Source: Candidatus Sumerlaeia bacterium (GTDB lineage Bacteria > Sumerlaeota > Sumerlaeia > SLMS01 > JANRJK01). From it: a stretch of 64,000 nucleotides of DNA. Below are positions 1 to 7,708 of this stretch, piece by piece. Where the stretch lies: the NCBI GenBank assembly GCA_033764015.1, contig JANRJK010000030.1:1-64000 (forward strand). The letters are read 5' to 3'. Position 1 is the first letter of the stretch. Every line of letters starts with the position of its first letter. Position numbers and translations under genes: made by a program. A model generated the notes under the pieces. The model worked only from the letters and a program-made list of their open reading frames with translations, did no database searches and was not told where the DNA came from.

Positions 1-67
1 GCAAATCGTCGACCGACGGCGGCAGCACGAGCAGCTGCTCGCGGTCCATGGGAGCCCAGTTCTTCAT
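1..67 (-). CDS. IS1182-family-like transposase, N-terminal fragment (runs off the window edge)
   Basis: Manual minus-strand translation from ATG at 67 gives MKNWAPMDREQLLVLPPSVDDL, matching the typical 'DRxQxxLLPPSxD' start of IS1182 transposases. Only 22 aa are visible. Confidence 0.6.
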   Translation of the reverse strand, partial: MKNWAPMDREQLLVLPPSVDDL

Positions 68-139
68 CGCCAATGCCTCGCGCCTCGGGAGCTACCCTCG
101 GGCGAGCGAACGAGGGGCCAAAGTCCGACAGGCTGCTAG
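1..139 (-). mobile_element. Probable end of an IS1182-like insertion sequence
   Basis: Transposase-like start at 67, with AAGTCCGACAGGCTG followed by CTAG (121-139) just upstream. This resembles an IS terminal repeat plus a CTAG target. The partner end lies outside the window. Confidence 0.45.
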
Positions 140-352
140 GGAAAACCCCGAATTCCAGCCCCCTCGGCTGCGCCCTTTCCCGCCCCGGAGATCATCCGCG
201 TATCATCCCCGGCTCAACCGGTGGTGGGCCGGTGAGGGTTCGGGGGCGGTTGGGCCGGGTATCCCCAGAGATGTGGTGTTGGCCGCGCTTTGCGCTCGCG
301 GCGGTGCGGCGGGGTCGGAAGAGTTCTCGGCAGCTTTGCCGCAGAGGACGCG

Positions 353-2038
353 ATGACGCCGCTCGAGAACGCCGCCGGACGATTCGGCCCCACGCCCCCG
401 CCGGGGCACCGCGATTGGTACGCGCACGAGGCGCTCCGGTCGCTTCCGCGACTCGTCCTCATGGTGGACCACAACCCCTATAGCCCCACCTACGGGTGCT
501 TCGACCGCTCGTTCTGGCATTACCGCACGATGGATTTCCCGTGCGGGATGAACCAGGAGTTCTGCCTGCCGCTGGCGCTGGCGTATGCGAACGAGTACCC
601 GGGCAACCGGTACCGGGGGAAGGAGCGGCTGCGCGAGCTGGCGCTGGCGGCGGTGGACTACGCGGAGAAGTCGTCGCACGCGGACGGCACCTGCGACGAC
701 TACTTCCCCTACGAGCGCGCGCTGGGCGCGCTGGTGTTTTCGCTCTACGCCATGACGGAGTCGTGCCTGGCGCTGGGCGACCGCGACCCGCGGCGGTTGG
801 AGTTCTTCGCGAAGCGCGGGCGCTGGCTGATTTCGCACAACGAGACGGGGAAGCTGGCGAACCACCAGGCGTTCGCCGCGCTGGCGCTCTACAACGTGTT
901 CCTTTGCACGCGCGACGAGGAGTTCCGCCGCGGCTCGGACCAGTTCCGCGACCTGACGCTTTCCTGGCGCCACGACGAGGGTTGGTTCCAGGAGTACGAG
1001 GGCGCGGACCCGGGCTACCATAGCTGCCTGATCGCGTTCCTGGCGAAGCTGTGGAAGAAGTCGCGCGACGAATCGCTGCTGAAGCCGCTGCACGAGGCGG
1101 CGGACTTCGCGTGGTGGTTCATGCACCCGGACGGCTCCTACGCGGGCGAGTACGGCAGCCGGAACACGTACCACTTCTACCCGCACGGGTTCGAGGTGCT
1201 GGCGGGGCTCGGGAACCGGAAGGCGGGCGAGATTGCCGACGGCTTCCTGCACCGCGCGCTGCCGGACCGCACGCGGTACTTCAACGACGACGACCGCATG
1301 GCGGCGCACTACGTGTACGACTGGCTGCACGCGTGGGAGGACTACGCGCCGGAGCGCACCGGCCCGGCGGCGCTCCCCGCGGAGCCGGAGGCGCGCTGGT
1401 TCCCCGACGCGCGCATCCTCGCGGTGCGGCACCGGCGCTACCACTTCGTGCTGAACGGCTCGAAGGGGGGCGTCTTCAAGGTCGTCACGCCGAAGGGCGC
1501 CATCGCGAGCGACACGGGCCCCATCGGCGAGCTGGCGGACGGGCGCGTGTTCGTCACGCACATCGTGGACCGGGACCAGTCCACCGCCGCGCACGAGGGC
1601 GAGGGCGCCGTCCACAAGATCGTGGTCGAGGGCGTCTGCCAGCACCGCAAGGTGACGCTGCCGACGCCGCTGACGATGATGGTGTTCCGCGCGCTGCTGC
1701 TCACCGTGGGGCGCTTCAACGCGAACCTCGTGCGGAGCCTGCTGCAGCGGAAGCTGATCGTCGGCAAGCGCCGCCTGCCGCTGCGGTTCCGCCGCACGGT
1801 CGAGCTGGGCACGCTCGAGGTCACCGTCACCGACGAGCTGGAGCGCAAGGACCCGTCGCTGCGGTTGAAGCGGCTTTCCGTCGGCAGCGACGCGACGAGC
1901 ATCTACGTGGCGAACTCGAACACGTTCCAGGAAAGCCGGCTGCTACCGTGGCAGGATGCGGGCGGCGAGATCGAGGAGTTCAACCGAACCGGGCGGCTGG
2001 TGCTCGAGCGCCGCATCGACGTCTCCGGCGATGCCTGA
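353..2038 (+). CDS. Conserved hypothetical protein, probable (alpha/alpha)-toroid domain plus C-terminal beta domain (glycan-related enzyme-like)
   Basis: Coding-like ORF with GAGG upstream of ATG 353. Motifs GCFDRSFWHY, GWFQEYEGADPGY and HPDGSYAGEYGSRNT. Its stop overlaps the ruvC start. Confidence 0.7.
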   Translation: MTPLENAAGRFGPTPPPGHRDWYAHEALRSLPRLVLMVDHNPYSPTYGCFDRSFWHYRTMDFPCGMNQEFCLPLALAYANEYPGNRYRGKERLRELALAAVDYAEKSSHADGTCDDYFPYERALGALVFSLYAMTESCLALGDRDPRRLEFFAKRGRWLISHNETGKLANHQAFAALALYNVFLCTRDEEFRRGSDQFRDLTLSWRHDEGWFQEYEGADPGYHSCLIAFLAKLWKKSRDESLLKPLHEAADFAWWFMHPDGSYAGEYGSRNTYHFYPHGFEVLAGLGNRKAGEIADGFLHRALPDRTRYFNDDDRMAAHYVYDWLHAWEDYAPERTGPAALPAEPEARWFPDARILAVRHRRYHFVLNGSKGGVFKVVTPKGAIASDTGPIGELADGRVFVTHIVDRDQSTAAHEGEGAVHKIVVEGVCQHRKVTLPTPLTMMVFRALLLTVGRFNANLVRSLLQRKLIVGKRRLPLRFRRTVELGTLEVTVTDELERKDPSLRLKRLSVGSDATSIYVANSNTFQESRLLPWQDAGGEIEEFNRTGRLVLERRIDVSGDA

Positions 2039-2618
2039 GCGGGTGATCCTCGGCGTCGATCCGGGGCTGGCGAGCGCAGGCGTCGGCGCGATCGCGGTGG
2101 ACGGCGCCGGACGGGCGCGGGCGCTGGGCTGGCGCCAGGCGACGACCTCGCCGCGCACGCCGCTGCCGGACCGGCTCGCCGCGATCCACGATCTGGTCGA
2201 GGGCGCACTGCGCGAGTTCCGCCCCGAGGCGATGGGGATCGAGGACGTGTTCTTCGCGAAGAACGTTAAGAGCGCGGTGGCGCTGGCGCACGGGCGCGCC
2301 GCGGCGATCCTCGCGGCGCGGCGCACCGGCATCCCGGTGCTCGAGTTCGCCCCGCGCGAGGTGAAGCTGGCGGTCACGGGGCGCGGCGGCGCGTCGAAGG
2401 AGCAGGTGAAGCAGATCGCCGCGCTGCTGCTGCGGCTTGCGGAGCCGCCGAAGAGCGACCACGAGTCGGACGCGCTGGCGATCGCGCTGTGCGCGGCGTT
2501 CCGGCTGGCGCCGGGCGCGGTGCGGAGCGCTGCGGCGAAGCCCCCCGCCGGCGAACCGGAGGACCCGCGCAAGGCGCTGCTGGCGCAGATGCGCCGGGGC
2601 CGGCGCCGGCGCCGCTGA
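2031..2618 (+). CDS. ruvC: Holliday junction resolvase RuvC
   Basis: ILGVDPG, IEDVFFAKN, EVKLAVTGRGGASKEQV and DHESDALAIALC motifs. Confidence 0.93.
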   Translation: MPERVILGVDPGLASAGVGAIAVDGAGRARALGWRQATTSPRTPLPDRLAAIHDLVEGALREFRPEAMGIEDVFFAKNVKSAVALAHGRAAAILAARRTGIPVLEFAPREVKLAVTGRGGASKEQVKQIAALLLRLAEPPKSDHESDALAIALCAAFRLAPGAVRSAAAKPPAGEPEDPRKALLAQMRRGRRRRR

Positions 2619-2619
2619 C

Positions 2620-3672
2620 ATGCGGCCCCCGCCGCTGGGCCGGTACCCCGATCCGACGCGGCTGTGGCGCTCGCGCGCGGCGGTAGAACCGGTCCGCCGC
2701 GCGGCGCTCGACTGGGCCCGCCGCGAGCGCGACCGCCGCGCCGCCACGCCCCGCCAAGTGATGGAGCACGTCCACCTCGGCTATGGCCACGTGGACTTCT
2801 TCCACAGCCTGTTCCCGCCGATCCTGCGCGCGCTGCCGCGCGGCTTCACCGCGGTCGAGATGGGCGCGGGCATGGCCTGGCACGCGGCCATGCTGCTGGC
2901 GCACGGCGCGGGGCGCGTGGTCGCGACGGAGCCGCACTGGGGGGCGAAGACGCCGCTCGGCCCGCACAACGCCACCGCGCTGCGGCGCCTCGCGGAACGC
3001 GACCCCGCGCTCGCGTCGGCGCTCGACCTCTCCGACCCGAACCCCGAGATGGTCGGCCTGCCGCGGGGGCTGCAGCTCGCGCACGGCGCCGCCGACCGGT
3101 TGCCGGTGCGGGACGGCTGCGCGGACCTCGTCTATTCGGTGAACTGCCTCGAGCACATCGTGCCGCTCGCGGCGTCCATGGGCGAGGCGGCGCGGGCGCT
3201 GCGCATCGGCGGGCGCTTCTTCGCGACGTCGGAGCCGCTCTACTACGCGCCGTTCGGGCACCATCTCGGCGATGTGTTCCCGCTGCCGTGGGGGCACTTG
3301 CTCTGGGAGGCAGAGGAGCTGGTCGAGCTGGCGCTGTCGGAGGCGGGTCCGGGGCGCGAGTGGGAGCCCGGCGTGCCGCTCGCCGCCGAGCACCTGCGCG
3401 CGATCCTGCTGCGCGAGCTGAACTACCTGTCGCCGGCGGCGCTGCGCGCGGCGTTCGGCGGGCCGTGGCGCGTGCGGGGTTGGGTCGATTGGATCGAGCC
3501 CGAGTGGGAGCAGCGCGCGCGCGCGTGGGGCCTCGGCGCGGCGCTCGCGGTCCCGCGCGAGTGGCTCGTGCTGCGCGGCGTAACGGTGCACGTCGAGCGG
3601 CGCCCGCGGCCCGAGGGGCTGCGGCTCGCGGTGCGGCTTCCGGCGACCGTGCGGCGGCTCTGGCGGCGCTGA
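2620..3672 (+). CDS. Class I SAM-dependent methyltransferase
   Basis: VEMGAGMAW (motif I) and LPVRDGCADLVYSVNCLEHI...ALRIGG. ATG lies 1 nt after the ruvC stop. Confidence 0.8.
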   Translation: MRPPPLGRYPDPTRLWRSRAAVEPVRRAALDWARRERDRRAATPRQVMEHVHLGYGHVDFFHSLFPPILRALPRGFTAVEMGAGMAWHAAMLLAHGAGRVVATEPHWGAKTPLGPHNATALRRLAERDPALASALDLSDPNPEMVGLPRGLQLAHGAADRLPVRDGCADLVYSVNCLEHIVPLAASMGEAARALRIGGRFFATSEPLYYAPFGHHLGDVFPLPWGHLLWEAEELVELALSEAGPGREWEPGVPLAAEHLRAILLRELNYLSPAALRAAFGGPWRVRGWVDWIEPEWEQRARAWGLGAALAVPREWLVLRGVTVHVERRPRPEGLRLAVRLPATVRRLWRR

Positions 3673-3722
3673 CGCCGACGGCAGTTGCGTCCTTGGCGCC
3701 AACGGCGCCAGTTTCCGCCAAT

Positions 3723-6266
3723 ATGGCCGACGCGACGATGGAACGCTCCGAGTTGAGGACCCTGCTGTTCACCGACCTGGTGGACAGCACCAAGCTGGTC
3801 GAGTCGCTTGGCGACGCCGCGGGCGCGGCGGTGCTGCGCCGGCACGACCGGTTGATGCGCGACCTGGCCGCGCGCTTCGGCGGCACCGAGATCGACAAGA
3901 GCGACGGCTTCCTGGTGCTGTTCGAGAAGCCCTTCGACGCGCTGCGCTGCGCGCTTGAGTACCACGAGGGGCTCGGCGCCATCTCGTCGGAGGAGGGCAT
4001 CCGCTTGTCCGCGCGCGCGGGAATCCACTTCGGCGAGGTGTTCCTGCGCGAGAACAGCGCGGAGGACATCGCGCGGGGCGCGAAGCGGCTCGAAGTGGAG
4101 GGGTTGGCGAAGGCCGCCGCGGCGCGCGTGATGGCGCTCGCGCAGCCGCGCCAGACGCTCCTTGGCCGTTCGGCCTTCGACCTCGCGCGGCGCTCCGCCA
4201 TGGGCACCGCGACGGCGGACGCGCTGCGGTTCCTGCTCCACGGACCGTACCTCTTCAAGGGCATCGACGAGCCGTTCGAGGTGGCGGAGATCGGCAAGGA
4301 GGGCGTGGCGCCGCTGTCGCCGCCGCCCAACAGCGCGAAGGCGTGGCGCGCGGTGTCCGCTGCGGACGAGGCGGTCTTCGGCTGGCGACCCGCGGTGGGC
4401 GCGAAGATTCCGCGCCGCGCCAACTGGCGCCTCGAGCAGCGCCTCGGCGAAGGCGGCTTCGGCGAGGTGTGGCTCGCGCGCCACGAGGGCACCCGCGAGC
4501 CGCGCGTCTTCAAGTTCTGCTTCGACGCGGAGCGGCTCCGCGGGCTGAAGCGCGAGGCGGCGCTCTTCGGCGTCCTGCGCGAGAAGCTCGGCTCCCGCGA
4601 CGACATCACGCGGGTGCTCGACTGGTCCTTCGCCGAGGCGCCGTACTTCCTCGAATCGGAGTACACGGAGGGCGGCAACCTGTCGGAGTGGTGCGCCGCG
4701 CAGGGCGGCGCGGGCTCGGTGCCGCTCGATACGCGCCTCGAGTTGGTGGCGCAGGCGGCGGACGCGCTCGCGGCCGCGCACCAGGCGGGGATCCTCCACA
4801 AGGACCTGAAGCCCGCGAACCTGCTGGTGTACGCGGACCGCGCCGGCGCGCCGCGGATCCGCCTCACGGACTTCGGCATCGGCCAGCTCGCCGACGAGAA
4901 CGCGCAGGCGATCCCGGGGCTGACCGCCGCCGCGACCGTGAAGACGCTCTCGCGCACGGCCGGCTCGAGCAGCGGCACCGTGCAGTACATGGCGCCGGAG
5001 GTGGTGGAAGGGCGCCCCGCCACCGTGCGCTCCGACGTCTACGCCCTGGGCGTGCTGCTGTACCAGGCGCTGGCGGGGGACTTCACGCGCTCGCTCGCGC
5101 CGGGGTGGGAGCGCGACGTGCGCGACCACCATCTGCGGAGCTACGTGGCGCGCTGCGTGGACGGCGAGCCCGCGAACCGCCCGGAGGGCGCGGCGTGGCT
5201 GGCGCAGGCGCTGAGGGGCTGGCGCGGGCTTCTCGCGGCGGAGGAGCGCGATATCGCGCGGCGGAAGCGCAAGACGCTGGTGGGCGTCCTCGTGACGCTC
5301 GCCGCGAACGCGTTCTTCCTGTGGTGGTTCACCGCCGGGCGTTGGCAGGCGTCGCGCGGCGCCTGGGATTGGGGCCGGGTGATGGTGTTCCTGCACATCA
5401 ACCTCGCGATCCCGGCCTTTCCGGTGTTCGGCGACGCGCACACGGTGATCGGCGCGCGGCTGAAGCAGGCGGGCCGCCCGGACCAGCAGGTGTCCGAGCA
5501 CGCGCTTCCGGCGGCGGCGGGCTGGGCGTGCGTGGTCGCGGTGTTCCCGGTCCTGGGCCTCCTCGCCTACTTTCTCGCGCGCCCGCTGGCGGAGCGCCGC
5601 GCGGCCCGGGGCGGCGATCCGGGCCCAAGTTTCGGGGTGCGGCTGCGTTGGTCGGTCTTCTTCGCCCTCTCGAGCATCGCGGCGCTCTCGGCGCTCTCCG
5701 TCTCCGAGCCCCTTGCGGCGATCGACTCCGGATACCCGCTGCTGGCGCGCCTGCTGGTCGAGTTCTCGCTGCGGTGGCTCTTCGTCATGGGCGCCGTGGC
5801 GGCGATGCTCAACGTGTTCCTCGCGATCTCGCAGGCGCACGAGGCGCGGCGACGCCCGGTGTGGGCCTTGGTCGTGGCGCTCATTGCGTACAGCACCATC
5901 TCGGTGGTTGCGGTCGGCATCTTCCTGAACCAGACGCACTACGGCTACACGTTGCGGCTGTTGCGGTACGACGAGGCGCGCTTCATCGCGGAGCGTTTGT
6001 CGCGTCAAGGCGACCACGCGGGCGCGGTGCTGGCCTGGCGGCGGTCGCTGGAGAACCTCGAAGCGGCCGGCCTCTCCGGCAGCCAGGAGGCAGGGCGCAT
6101 CCGGGCCGGGCTGGGACACGCGCTCGCCGCGGTCGGCGAGGCGGAGGCGTCGGCGGAGGAGCTGGCCCGCGCGCGCGAGACGCTCGAGCTTTTCTGGGGG
6201 GAAGGCTCGCCGAAGGTGGACGAGTTCCTCGCGCCGCCGCCGCCAGTTGCCGCTCCCACACCGTAG
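3723..6266 (+). CDS. Class III nucleotide cyclase-like domain + Ser/Thr kinase + transmembrane helices + C-terminal TPR-like helices
   Basis: Cyclase-like LLFTDLVDST, IDKSDG, RAGIHFGEV. Kinase motifs LGEGGFGEVW, HKDLKPAN, DFG, GTVQYMAPE, SDVYALG. About six hydrophobic segments follow, then a helical tail. Confidence 0.85.
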   Translation: MADATMERSELRTLLFTDLVDSTKLVESLGDAAGAAVLRRHDRLMRDLAARFGGTEIDKSDGFLVLFEKPFDALRCALEYHEGLGAISSEEGIRLSARAGIHFGEVFLRENSAEDIARGAKRLEVEGLAKAAAARVMALAQPRQTLLGRSAFDLARRSAMGTATADALRFLLHGPYLFKGIDEPFEVAEIGKEGVAPLSPPPNSAKAWRAVSAADEAVFGWRPAVGAKIPRRANWRLEQRLGEGGFGEVWLARHEGTREPRVFKFCFDAERLRGLKREAALFGVLREKLGSRDDITRVLDWSFAEAPYFLESEYTEGGNLSEWCAAQGGAGSVPLDTRLELVAQAADALAAAHQAGILHKDLKPANLLVYADRAGAPRIRLTDFGIGQLADENAQAIPGLTAAATVKTLSRTAGSSSGTVQYMAPEVVEGRPATVRSDVYALGVLLYQALAGDFTRSLAPGWERDVRDHHLRSYVARCVDGEPANRPEGAAWLAQALRGWRGLLAAEERDIARRKRKTLVGVLVTLAANAFFLWWFTAGRWQASRGAWDWGRVMVFLHINLAIPAFPVFGDAHTVIGARLKQAGRPDQQVSEHALPAAAGWACVVAVFPVLGLLAYFLARPLAERRAARGGDPGPSFGVRLRWSVFFALSSIAALSALSVSEPLAAIDSGYPLLARLLVEFSLRWLFVMGAVAAMLNVFLAISQAHEARRRPVWALVVALIAYSTISVVAVGIFLNQTHYGYTLRLLRYDEARFIAERLSRQGDHAGAVLAWRRSLENLEAAGLSGSQEAGRIRAGLGHALAAVGEAEASAEELARARETLELFWGEGSPKVDEFLAPPPPVAAPTP

Positions 6267-6278
6267 CGGAGCACCACC

Positions 6279-7097
6279 ATGGCCGAGTCCGTGATCGCCT
6301 TGATCATCCGCCCCGAGGAGGACGATGCCGATTCCGCCGGGGTCTTCGTCGAGGTGAGGCTAGATGGCACCATGCGCGAGTTCGTGCTCGATACCGGCGC
6401 GGGGGGAACCACGCTGGCGCTCGATCCCTTCACCGAGTCGCTTCCGGTGGTGCGAATGCGGAGTTCCGGCGGCGTCTTCCAGCGGATCGAGGACGACCGC
6501 GTCGCGTTGGGGCGGCTCTGCATCGGCCCCATCGAACGCTACGGCATCGAGGTGGCTCGATCCCGCCGACCCGGAACACGCAGCCTGCTCGGGATGGATG
6601 TGCTCGGACGGCACCGGCTCGCGTTCGACTTCGCGGCGGCGCGCTGCGAGGTGGATCAGCCGCTGCCTTGGCAGGGCATCGAGGCCGCCCTCGACCTAGT
6701 CGTCGGCAGCGCGGGGCATCCTTACGTGGACATTGCTTTCGAGGGCGCCAACGCCTCCGCGGTTTGGGACACCGGAGCGGGTGTCACGGTGGTTGATGCG
6801 CGCTTCATCGCGGAACACCCGGAGTCGTTCCAGTCGGTCGGCGCTTCGACGGGCACCGACTCGACCGGCGCGCGTCTGGAGACGCCCGTCTGCCTCATGG
6901 CGGCGTCGCGGATCGGCGGCCTCGATTTCCCGCCGCACCGTGTGGTGTCTGTGGACCTGACAGTGCTCAACCAAGGCACGGACCGCCGGACCGACATGAT
7001 CCTCGGCTGGCCCACGCTGTCGAAGGCGCGCTGGGTGTTCGACTTTCCCGCCCGCCGCTGGGGGCTGGCGCCGCCTACAGCATCCCCGCCACCTTGA
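6279..7097 (+). CDS. Retropepsin-like aspartyl protease with two protease domains
   Basis: Two DTG motifs (VLDTGAG, VWDTGAG), each followed by an LLG/ILG motif. GGAG RBS upstream. Confidence 0.82.
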   Translation: MAESVIALIIRPEEDDADSAGVFVEVRLDGTMREFVLDTGAGGTTLALDPFTESLPVVRMRSSGGVFQRIEDDRVALGRLCIGPIERYGIEVARSRRPGTRSLLGMDVLGRHRLAFDFAAARCEVDQPLPWQGIEAALDLVVGSAGHPYVDIAFEGANASAVWDTGAGVTVVDARFIAEHPESFQSVGASTGTDSTGARLETPVCLMAASRIGGLDFPPHRVVSVDLTVLNQGTDRRTDMILGWPTLSKARWVFDFPARRWGLAPPTASPPP

Positions 7098-7248
7098 GCG
7101 CCAGGAAGGCGACGAATCCTCCCGCCGCCGCGACCAGCCAGCCCAAGCGGCTGCCGCCGCGGATCGCCATCACCAGCCCCGCCACGAAGATTGCGACGCC
7201 GGCAAGCAGCGCCCACCACGGGTTCGCGCGCACAAACCGCCTTAGCAT
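7075..7248 (-). CDS. Small 57-aa membrane protein with 2 TM helices (not in the ORF track)
   Basis: Manual translation MLRRFVRANPWWALLAGVAIFVAGLVMAIRGGSRLGWLVAAAGGFVAFLALKVAGML*. GGAGG RBS lies 7 nt upstream. Directly follows the 7261-7575 gene. Confidence 0.65.
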   Translation of the reverse strand: MLRRFVRANPWWALLAGVAIFVAGLVMAIRGGSRLGWLVAAAGGFVAFLALKVAGML

Positions 7249-7260
7249 CGCAACGCCTCC

Positions 7261-7575
7261 TCAATCGGTGTGCAGATTGATGATCCGCTGGCGGGCCAGC
7301 AGGGCGGCCCGCACCCGTTTGCGGCACGCGGCGCACAGGAAGGAATCGAAGCGCTCGTGCACCTGCGCAGTGGCCTCGGCCACCTCCTCGTCGGACATCG
7401 CTTCGAGGCGCCTTACCAGCGCCTCCAGGTCCTCGAGCACACTCCCGCCCGCGCTGTCGCCGATCGGTCCCGGATGGGGCTCGGCGACAAGCTCCACGCG
7501 GAGGCGGTAGAGCGTCTGGTTCGACTCCACATAGGAGCCGCACTGGTCGCAAACGCGCTCTTCGGTGTCGGACAT
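7261..7575 (-). CDS. Small hypothetical protein with two CxxC motifs (putative Zn-binding)
   Basis: MSDTEERVCDQCG...FLCAACRKR, 104 aa, with an acidic helical middle. Confidence 0.7.
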   Translation of the reverse strand: MSDTEERVCDQCGSYVESNQTLYRLRVELVAEPHPGPIGDSAGGSVLEDLEALVRRLEAMSDEEVAEATAQVHERFDSFLCAACRKRVRAALLARQRIINLHTD

Positions 7576-7708
7576 CGGGTGCTGCCTCGCCGCACGGAAA
7601 AGGCCTCGCGGAAACGGTTTCCCGCAAGCGGGAAGTGGAATCGGGTCGACTTCGCGGGGGGCCGCCGACAATTTCCTTCGTTCAATTCCGACAAGGGGTC
7701 CCGATCCG

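Noticed and set aside
3723..7575. RiPP cluster around the peptide-modification-type cyclase
   Set aside because: No NHLP-like precursor or maturation enzyme was seen nearby. The small ORFs here look like a membrane protein and a Zn-binding protein.
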